A stretch of 64,000 nt of DNA from Octopus sinensis (lineage: Eukaryota), in contig NC_042999.1 of assembly GCF_006345805.1 (NCBI RefSeq), positions 10,850,001-10,914,000 of the forward strand, read 5' to 3'. The notes below the pieces were generated by a model that was given only the letters and a program-made list of their open reading frames with translations, did not search any database and was not told where the DNA came from. Below are positions 53,741 through 64,000 of the stretch, piece after piece (position 1 is the first letter of the stretch; every line of letters starts with the position of its first letter). Made by a program: the position numbers and the translations under genes.

Positions 53741-54460
53741 GAGAGAAATCTCAATGGATTGGGTTTAGCAGGGTTTGAACTTTTAACTTTAGTGTTTTAA
53801 TTTGTTTCCATTTAAGAAAAATTCCATTAAATCAACAAGGATGGGAACAATTATCACACAGTAAAAATATCTGTGTAACGAACAACTTTGATATTCAGAT
53901 TACAATACCCAAATTTGTAATAAACAATTAGCTCAAATCTTTATCTCAGATGAGTGATCAAAGTGCATGTGACATAATAGCTTACTTGCACCAGTCCATC
54001 TAATTACTAGTTCTAATTAACATATCTCTACTGACAATAAGATATTTTAAAACTCTAAAAGGACATAGAAGTTTACATAAAGCCTCTCTGGATTTTCCTG
54101 CTCCAGGACTGGTGCCATGGTGAGTGGGAAATTGGACGTTTCAGACAGAACCCTTCTTCCAAGAAAAGCTGATCAGTGGGAAATAGAAAGAGCAGAATTT
54201 TACAGCCTCTTTGTTTGAGCCAGTTGCTGCCAGCTTCTCAAACATAGATGCTTTTGTCCAAAAACATGGAATTTATTCCCCATGGAAACTGCACTGTACT
54301 TCCTGATGATGATGTGTGTGTGTATATACGCACACACATCTATATATATATATATATATACATGCATACATACATATACACACATTCACATGTATACATA
54401 CACACATATACACAAATACACATATATACAGACACATATAAATGCATACATATACATAGC

Positions 54461-54520
<60 letters not shown>

Positions 54521-55324
54521 GGTGTATCACCCTCATCCAACAAGTAAGATTCAATTGTTCAATCATCTGAATTTCCTGCCTCTGAATTAACATGTGGCTG
54601 AGTATTCCAAAAGCATAACGTGCCCTTAATGCAAAGTTACTCATACAAAATCATTGAGCTACAGAATGTAGCAAAGTTGTTGCTTTTGAATTACAGTTAC
54701 AACCCAACCAAAAGGTTTCTATATAGTTTCCATCAAATCAGTTTCACAAGTTATGAGTTAACTCAAAGATGGAAAAAAAAAATAACAATTTGTGCAAGAT
54801 ATCACAGAGAACAAATGCACCCAGGACCTTGTAAAGCGAGTTTCTTAACCATTCAGGCATACTGTGCATACATCATATATGCAGAGATATACAGAGGCAG
54901 GCAGCAGTTTGATATCTTGGTTAATGTTACTCATCTAATGTCATATTCAAAGTGGAGGGCAGAATCCATTAAACTGACTCAGTATAATAAAGATACTTAT
55001 TTTATGAAACTTAGACGTATAAGACACAAAGTGGTCTTCAATGGTGTCTGAAATATAGGGCTGGTGCTCTACCGATTCTGGCATACACGGCCCTTTGATA
55101 CGTACTGCCTACTTGCTTAGAATTGTCCATGATGCAGATATTCTCATTCAGCTGTGAAGCAACTAACAACTGTACATTTTAAAAGTACAGCATCAATGGG
55201 AAACACGAGTATGCAGGTGGAAGAGAGAAGTGTTCTCCATAGCAACTGCAGTGAATTTGCCGTTTAGCAGTTGAAATATGTCACAAACATATTTCAACTA
55301 ACCTAAACGTTGCTTGTATATATA

Positions 55325-55726
55325 TATATACATATATAAAAGTAAGGTTGTGTGTCTGTCTCCTACGATTTAGATTTCTAACTACTCCCACAATTTGCGG
55401 TGCAGTTTAACCAAAACCGGGTATCTTATAGTCGTGATTCATATAGAGCCCTTCTGGGTATTAGTGCGCGTCTACGATGAGTCTACGATTTAAAAAAAAA
55501 ATTTACCATAATTTTTTTTTCCATTTTAATGCATTTTTTCGCTATTATATAAGGGAAGTAACTCTCTAAAAATGTCTACGATGAGTCAACGATTTAAAAA
55601 AAAAATTACCATCATTTTTTTCCCATTTTTAATGCATTTTTTTGCTATCTTTTGGCTATAACTCTCTAAAAATGCTTTATAGTTATTTCCCTTAGAAACC
55701 CGAGCAACGCTGGGCGATACTACTAG
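55325..55726 (+). mobile_element. Non-autonomous Helitron with internal ~104-bp duplication
   Basis: 3' GC hairpin CCCGAGCAACGCTGGG (55699-55714), then CGATACTACTAG|T; 5' end in (TA)n; GTCTACGATGAGTC...TTAATGCATTTTTT occurs twice. Confidence 0.8.
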
Positions 55727-58700
55727 TATATATATTTATATCAATGATGTGATGTATCTAGTGCTGTACACATACACACAATTACAAATACTCGTACATA
55801 AGCAGATGTACACATAGTTGTGCATGTTGTTTGTTTATAAAACTGAGATAATATTGAACCAGAAACTGTTTTCATCTTAATTTATAAATTCCAGTCTCCC
55901 TACAATATACATCCTGAGACAATTTCAATGCAGAAAAAAAAAACAAACATTTGTTTACTTTTATTCTTATTATTTTTAATTTTAGGGGCAATTCAAACGA
56001 ACCATGCAACTGAGATGGTGTATGAAAACAGAATATCTTAAACATCATATTTACACACACACACTGAGAGAGAGTGTGTGTGTGTGTACATGCATATACA
56101 CATGCAATGAATGTAAGGTTGACATACACGAAACGGCAAACAACAGCAGTCTGCTCAACAACAGCGATGCACTACTGCATGCAGGCTAATAATACTAATT
56201 ACTGCCAAGACACACAAAGACACATTCCATCGCTTAATCCGATAAGTTTGCACTGTTTGGCAACAACAAATACACAACACAATTAAAAAAAGTATGCAAA
56301 CATAAAAACATCAAGACAAACTGACAACAGCATCACATCCACTCCATAGTAATAACTATTACACACTAGTGATACGGTAACATGATTAGCTATGTTTAGT
56401 GTGACTAAACATGACAGAAAACAACGAAACCAGTGCACTACAGATGCAGGAAATAATTACTAGATGGGAGCAGTTTCAAATGTCAAACAGTTTTTGTTTG
56501 GAGTTCCGAATAATAGAAATGTTTTTAACACTTTCTTTTTTTCCTTTCTTTTCAAAAATGCTGTTGCAGAATAAGCTTTGCCAACAAAGTTAACAAGCAG
56601 AAAGAAAAAAAAAGAAAATGAAACTGTTTTCAGTGCTAAAAATCCAATACCTAGACTTTTATTTTATTTATTTTTTTTTTAGAGGGTAACTCCTCCAATT
56701 ACATTAAACTCTAAATTAGAGATTATATTTTCACCAGAAGTCTCCCTCATCATTCCCTCGACAAATTACTGATATCTCTAACTTCCAGTTAACAGTTGGC
56801 ATCCACCCAAAAGATTTATGGATTAATCTTAAATTATCTGATCTCCTACACCCACACACAAGTGTTCACAAAATATATTTAAATATATCTGTTATCTAGC
56901 ACTACCATCATTTAATGTCCATTTTCTGTGCTGGCATGGGTTGGACATTTTGACAAGAGTTGGCAAGTCAGAAGACTGTACCAAACTCTACTGTCTGATT
57001 TGGAATGGTTTGTATAGCTGGACGAGGCCCTTCCTAATGCCAACCACTTTACAGAGTGTGCCAAGTGCTTTTTATGTGGCACAAGCAGCAGTGAGATTAC
57101 CAAGTAAATTTCAAGACAATGTCTTAGTGCCAGGTGGTGAAAAGTTAGCAGATGAATAGAGGGAGAGAAATAGGTGTCTTGCAGTAGAGGAGATAGATTT
57201 TAAACACACACAGATATATATGACACAAGTCCAACAATAGTGGGTAACCTTGTTTGAGAAGTGGACTTATCACCATACTTTCAGCATTCTATGCACAAAC
57301 ACAGACACACACACACACACACATCTACTTCCCCAAATGAACACAAAATCCCATCCCCATCATCACACTCTCATCAATCCACCCCAACCAATCTACCCTG
57401 GTGGCCACTTCACATGTGTTTCATCACCCAGTTGGGTTCCTTCGCAAAGTGACACTGAACCCAAAACCAAGTGACTGTAAACATGTTAGATATACAGCCA
57501 TGACAGTACATTATGTGTGTATTTATATACGCACATACACATTGCCTTGTATACACATACAAACACACATATGCACACATTCATAAACACACACATTTAT
57601 ACATACACATATACACACACATATATGCATGCATATATACATACAAATAAAAGCACAAATACACACATGCACATATAAAATACACACAGATGCACGCATA
57701 GAAATTCCATAGACTCTATCCACCCACACTTCTTGTTATCTCATCTCTGCTACTCACTGTGCTATGACACTTTATCACCATTATGTTTATCTCTTTCCTG
57801 TTCCACTCCATCCATTCCCACCCTCTTTTCACTCATGTGAATAACCATGTAGCTCCTCTTCAACAAGACACCTGCTCTGTTCTGGCCACTTCTTTCTTAC
57901 TTTAACCCCTCATCCCATAACATGAAGCCATATATCTCTGAACTGCTTCTCCACGTAGTCAAAGAGGATCTTAGACTACGTGGTGACCTCTCTAATCTCT
58001 GGTGCCATGAAAACAGCACCCAGTAACTGCTGTAAAATAGTTGGTGTTTGAAAGGGTATCCAGCCATAGAAATCATACCAAAGCTGACACTGGAGTATGA
58101 TATAGTCTTTGGACCTGTTGATTCCAGTCAAACTCATGCCAGTATAGAACATAGATATTAAATGATGATGATGATGGTGATGATATATTTTAATGGATTG
58201 GTACTGTAGATGAATTTTCTCCAGTTTCAGTTGAAAAAATATTTAACATCTAACTTCAAAATATAAAATTCTCAAACAACTGGTACACTTCTAGTTCTAA
58301 CTACTACTTCCCTTCCATGAGGTGCACAGATATAGTGATTATTGCATAGCTATTGAAATATAGTAATGTTTTATGATTAGAGAAGAAAAAAAGACATATG
58401 AAGGTAGGAATATTTTCAATTTCAATTGATCTTCTGCACCACAACAGTTAGACAATATCCAAGAAGACCAAGAAGAAGCACATGTAACAACATTCAGAAA
58501 TTGTAAACTGTCTTGTCTGCAAAACACACACACATACACACATAGCAAAGACATTGAAGTTAAACAATGCGTTAAAACAATCTCAAACATGAAACCGAGA
58601 CACTATATTTTTTAATTAGTATTTGGAAAAGAAAATGAGTAAGTTCTCTGTTTTAAAATTCACTTTGATCAAAGTATACAAGGTCTAAAACTAAAGATAA

Positions 58701-59125
58701 ATACACATAAAAGAACAAAGCAAAAAATACAAAAACAAAACAGAAAAAAAAAGAGCAAAAAAAAAACAAAATATCAAACAAGCAGACAATTTTGCTCGAA
58801 TTCTGTTGTTTATATTCTGAATATAAAAGAACTCTGGCGAAGAATGTAGTAATTAACAGTGTGGTTGGAACTAATCATACAACAAACACAAAATAAACGA
58901 TAGGATTTGGAAAGGTAGCAGTGGGAGGTGGCAGGGTGTTTGGGTGGAGTGGGGTGTAAACAGTGGAACAGTTGACAAATAAACAAAGTAGTGAGAAAAC
59001 CTGGATGATGTTGAAGAGTCAGATAACTGTGAAGATTCAGCTGATGATGAAGTAAAGCTAAAAAGAAAAATGTAAATGAAATGTTATCATAAATAACTGA
59101 ACGGTCGATGATAATAATAATAATA

Positions 59126-59164
<39 letters not shown>

Positions 59165-59167
59165 TAA

Positions 59168-59385
59168 TAGTTTCTACTATAGGCACAAGGCCAGCAATTT
59201 CGAGAGGTGGGGGCAAGTCAATTACAGCAACCCCAGTACATGACTGGTACTTTCTCTTATTGACCCCAAAGGGATGAAAGGCAAGGATGGCTTCAGCAGA
59301 ATTTGAACTCAGATCATAAAGAACTGGAAGAAATGCCATAAAGCATTTTGTTTGGAACACTAACAATTCTGCCAGTTTGCTGACA
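59168..59385 (-). mobile_element. SINE family B copy embedded in (AAT)n
   Basis: Homologous to 11800-12005; long (AAT)n on both sides. Confidence 0.75.
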
Positions 59386-59403
59386 ACAACAACAATAATA
59401 ATA

Positions 59404-59470
<67 letters not shown>

Positions 59471-60012
59471 GAAGCAACAAAAGTAAAACCAAATTATTGT
59501 ATACAACTTGAATAAAGAAAAAATGAAAAAATTCAGAATTTATTCAATTCTTACATGAAATAAAGATCATAATTGTGATGTGGTTTTCTTATTTCCAATA
59601 TTTTTACATATTTTCAAATGTAAAATGATAAATTTATCTTTTAACATGCTCCTTAAGAAAAAATGAGCAAGTTTAAGATTTAAAAGACAAAAAAAACCTT
59701 AAAGGCATTTTATGATCTTTTTACTATTTCTATTTCAACAGATTCATACATATATATATATACTTATATATATATATGTTGTTTTGTGAGTTATTTTTAT
59801 TTTATTTTGAGGCAAGCAACCATCATAGAAAGAGAAATAAAAAGAAAGCATATGAATACATAAAATGAATTGTTGAGTTTTATGCAAATAAGGTTATTTT
59901 TAGCCAATGAAGAAGCATTCACATGCACGAAATCTTAAAAATCTGACAGGGTGAAGATGAGAAACTAAGACATCCATATCTTTCTTGACATGTAAAACAA
60001 TACCAACAGATA

Positions 60013-60418
60013 GGCGCAGGAGTGGCTGTGTGGTAAGTAGCTTGCTAACCAACCACATGGTTCCGGGTTCAGTCCTACTGCGTGGCATCTTGGGCAAGTG
60101 TCTTCTGCTATAGCCGGGGCTGACCAATGCCTTGTGAAAGGATTTGGTAGACAGAAACTGAAAGAAGCCTGTCGTATATATGCATATATATGTATATGTA
60201 TGTGTGTGTTTGTGTGTCTGTGTTTGTCCCCCTAGCATTGCTTGACAACCGATGCTGGTGTGTTTACGTCCCCATCACTTAGCGGTTTGGCAAAAGAGAC
60301 CGATAGAATAAGTACTGGGCTTACAAAGAATAAGTCCTGGCGTCAATTTGCTCGACTAAAGGCGGTGCTCCAGCATGGCCGCAGTCAAATGACTGAAACA
60401 AGTAAAAGAGAAAAGAGA
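60013..60418 (+). mobile_element. SINE family A, young full-length copy
   Basis: Nearly identical to 34048-34437. Confidence 0.9.
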
Positions 60419-60617
60419 TCCACATATCCAGGCCATAGTCTTAGATGACAACAAACTGAGCACTAAGACAGCAGCCTGAATGGAATTCTTCAAAAGTGAC
60501 CGAATCCTTTAAATGATACGAGACATTTTCATTCCCCCACATTCCATTTATTTGAATGTATGAAAGATACATTCCACTCTGCTGTTGAATCTATCCATAA
60601 ATTCTTCTGTGTTAGAC

Positions 60618-60868
60618 CAATGATTCTCAACCAGGGTCCTTAGGACATTTTAGGGTCCATATAAGATTTTGTTGCTAGAATTTACCAGCAATAAATTGGT
60701 TATACTTTTACAATATACAAAATATTTCTTATGCAATTCCTTAAAATATTTAATTATAAAAATGTGATTTTTTTCAAAACATTGACTGGTTATGAGGGTC
60801 CATCCAAATAAGACAAGATTTAGAGGAGTCCATGGGTGGGGGGAAAAAAAAAAGGTTGAAAAACACTG
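60618..60868. mobile_element. hAT-type MITE
   Basis: TIRs CAATGATTCTCAACC / GGTTGAAAAACACTG; perfect 8-bp TSD TGTTAGAC at 60610-60617 and 60869-60876. Confidence 0.9.
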
Positions 60869-62747
60869 TGTTAGACAATTTACAACAGGAAATGCAGTTG
60901 AAAAGTAGGTTCTAGAACAAAGCCAAAATACCTTTGAATAATATCTTAAATTTCAGATTGTCTTAGACGGGCAGCAACTATGATATGTAATGGGAAAGTG
61001 CTACGGTTGTGTTTGCCCTTTGTGTTGTATGGAATGATGATGATGACAGGAGATTTTAAAATTGATGACAGAAATATTATGTAGATTCAGCAAGATGTCT
61101 ATACTGAACAGGTTATAAAAGGCCACCAAACGAAAAATATGGTGAACAGGTGGAAAAGTAATGGCAGGAAGTCAAGTTGATTGTCAGAATAGAAGGCAAT
61201 GGAGAGAAAAGTGTTGTTAGGAAAAAAGGGGTCAAAAAAAAGATATGTTAGAAATTAGAATGGACTCAGAATGGTTATAAAAATCAAACACTATTTTTTA
61301 TTGGTTTCAGCCAGGGGCTATGGCCATGCCAAGGCACCACAATTAGTGCAACAGCCAGTTTATTTCAAACTCACTTCCCAACCCTCTCTCTGGATTTGGT
61401 TCCAATGCAGCAATGAATTGGACAAATCTACCCTTCTTTATTTCATGTCATGATGTGGTTTCATCTGGTATCTCAAATAAAAATCCTTTCAACACAGTCA
61501 CATCTATACCTCGTGGATCTCTGAGGTTATTAGCAAGGTATTGAAAAAATGTGGACCCTTGAACCTTAAGCTGTTACAGTATTTAATACAGAACTAAGAA
61601 ATAGACAAACTGATATTAATACGAGTTGTTCCATGGAAATGTTGATGTTCTAAAATGTGTAAAATAGTGTTGTATATTTGGTTATTTGGATGTAGGAACC
61701 CAACTTGAAGATTTCCTTTTTCATGTTGTTTATAATCAGATATAGATCCATCCCTCTCCAAGCCAAAATAATGAAGTCTTGAAGTCAGCACAGCAAGTTA
61801 ACACAAAAACAAGTCAATTATACTGTGAAGTTCTTGTATAAAGGTGAGTTGCAATGCTACATGATGCAAAGAAGAAAAAAGAAACAACAGCTATAGCCTA
61901 AACAAGCAAATTCAGTTTGTGGTTTATCATCAAACATTTAATCAACACTCCCTCTACCAAACAACTGCTCAAGCAAAACTAATTAGGCCTATTCAACAAC
62001 TGCAACCATAACAATTATAATAGTCTAAGATAGCATATACTATCATACACTATCTTTCAATGTTTATCAAAAGTAGAGGTTGCTTAAATAATCATTACTC
62101 ATAGAAATGGAATTTTCTGAATATAAAGAGTAGGTCATGCTCCATTCATGACAAAAATATATTTCTACAAAAATAAAATAACTGAATAACTACAAAGGTT
62201 TTGCAACACAGAAGGCAAAATGAAATGTGTAACTAAACATAGGAATGAATAAAGCAATCATTGTTGTTGACAGGCTTAAAGACAGTGAAACTCAAGTGAG
62301 TTTATGATAGAGTGAACAGAAATGACCTATTAGGGAAAGATGAAGGCTGGGGCAATCTTTATGCATCTGGATTGAAATCGTAAATGTTCAACTCGAAAAG
62401 AGACAGTTGACTGAGTATTTAAATAAAGCCGTATCAATATTAAAGACAAACACTAAAAGGAAGTGACATGTGAAAGATGCACTATTTAAAAGCAGATGTA
62501 AAACATTAGGGAATAGATTCTACCCCTCATAACATTTCCACTGAAGCTTTCATTCAACACAATTTGTGTGTGCATATATATATACACACACAGCTATTTA
62601 TATATACATACCCAAAAGGAACTGAACCAAAAACTTTTCTGTTATGCAGTTACTGAATGAGGTTTTTATCATAATGTCACAAAAGAATTTCTTTTATAAG
62701 CTAAAAAATATTACAGAACACTTGCACTTACCACCATTTTATATATG

Positions 62748-62793
<46 letters not shown>

Positions 62794-62797
<4 letters not shown>

Positions 62798-62901
62798 GTA
62801 AGGCATGCATTGCATGCAGACTCTTCACCCCTGATATATATATATATATATATATATATCAGGGGTGAAGAGTCTTTGCATGCAATGCATGCCTTACTAC
62901 T
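62794..62901. repeat. Near-perfect palindrome centred on (TA)n
   Basis: AGTAGTAAGGCATGCATTGCATGCAGACTCTTCACCCCTG-(AT)n-CAGGGGTGAAGAGTC(TT)TGCATGCAATGCATGCCTTACTACT. Confidence 0.9.
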
Positions 62902-63339
62902 TTTCCACAATAAATAATTTTTGTGTAATATATAATTGATTGTTGATAATTTTCACTAGGTTTATTGTAATCATATTTAAATTCACATTCCTTCATTTCT
63001 TAGTATAAAGAGAAAGAAAGGCAAAAGAAAGATATCTTACTGCTTGCCTTTGAGCTGTGTTGTCAACAGAAAGCAAACGCTTTGCTGCTTGCTTTCAGTC
63101 ATAGTAAGAGCAGTGACCAAGATAGGGAAAGCAGATATTTTACTGCTTGCCTTTCAGTCATGTTAAGCCAGCAGACACATTGTCAACTTTTTTTTTTCCT
63201 CCTCTTAAAGTGAGTGACTTTCCTGGGGCTTTCCCCATAGTCAGACAGATTTAGACAAGAAATGCATATTTAGTCAATTTACAAGTTTGTTTTATTGCTT
63301 TCATATGATTATTCGGTACCAAAGAGTACACGATCAGTA

Positions 63340-63503
63340 GATTGTGGCCATGCTGGGGCACCACCTTAAATAATCTTTAGTCTAATGAATCTATCCTAGA
63401 ACTTTTTTTTAAAGACCGGTGCTTATTCTTTTGGTCGCTCATGCCAAACTGCTAAGTTACGGGTACAGAAACACGCCAACACCAGTGGTCGAGTGTTGGT
63501 GAA

Positions 63504-63547
<44 letters not shown>

Positions 63548-63660
63548 TCCCTCTATCAAGTTCACTTACAAGGTCTCAGTCAGCCCAAGAATATAGTAGA
63601 AGACTGGATCTGGAACCATGTGGTTGGGAAGCAAACTTCTTACCACACACCCATGCTTGC
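63340..63660 (-). mobile_element. SINE family A, old copy
   Basis: GTGGCCATGCTGGGGCACCACC...GGAACCATGTGGTTGGGAAGCAAACTTCTTACCACAC. Confidence 0.7.
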
Positions 63661-63864
63661 TTCCTAAAAAGATTTAACAAATGGAGAGAGAATTGTTGAT
63701 CCCTTCTTAAGACCTGATTTCAGTATATGACTCCAGAGTTTCACATAGAAGGAACTAGCAATGTATAAGTGTGTAATTAAAAAGTAAAAGTTTTTATCCA
63801 TTCATTCATGCCAATGCGTTAAAATTTAATTTTAAATATTTAAAGTTATTCCAGAAAGGTCATG

Positions 63865-64000
63865 ATTGATTGATTCTAGTTTCAGCTCACGAGCTGTGGC
63901 CATGCTGGGGCACCGCCATTTGGTGTTGCTACATGGTTTTACTTCACGAATGCTTTTTAGCAACTGCTATTTGGTGCATGAGAGAGTTCGATGCAGCTGC
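63865..64000 (-). mobile_element. 3' end of a CR1/L2-type LINE sharing its tail with SINE family A
   Basis: Minus strand: AAASNSLMHQIAVAKKHS*, then GGCGGTGCCCCAGCATGGCCACAGCTC-GT-GAGCTGAAAC and (AATC)n. Confidence 0.6.

Noticed and set aside
59058-59492. Hydrophobic poly-Ile membrane protein ORF
   Set aside because: (AAT)n microsatellites flanking a SINE.
63030-63170. Triple (A/G)CTGCTTGC(C)TTT motif with a donor-like site
   Set aside because: Short degenerate local repeat; no exon could be defined.

Overview
This is AT-rich, repeat-dense eukaryotic DNA. Its SINE, LINE and microsatellite repertoire points to a coleoid cephalopod, probably Octopus (inference). Most of the window appears to be intronic. 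One clear minus-strand coding exon (12199-12300) encodes the N-terminal WW-like segment of ARHGAP39/Vilse, a RhoGAP. Two further frame-compatible phase 2-2 candidate exons lie upstream: a 27-nt microexon at 27051-27077 and a 72-nt exon at 43372-43443. The rest is mostly transposon debris: RTE-clade LINEs with VNTR-bearing 3' UTRs, CR1-clade LINEs, two tRNA-derived SINE families, a ~550-bp (AAT)n-targeting element, non-autonomous Helitrons, hAT and piggyBac MITEs, a mariner relic and Penelope-like fragments. There is one 100-N gap. Almost all ORF-track entries are spurious (repeat or microsatellite frames) or LINE fragments. The most notable non-coding signal is a ~135-bp-arm palindrome (52224-52513). 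Each arm carries a minimal hammerhead-ribozyme fold with a G3-C8 swapped core. A second hammerhead-like motif lies at 4198-4233. Repeat boundaries were read by eye and are approximate unless a TSD or splice site is given.
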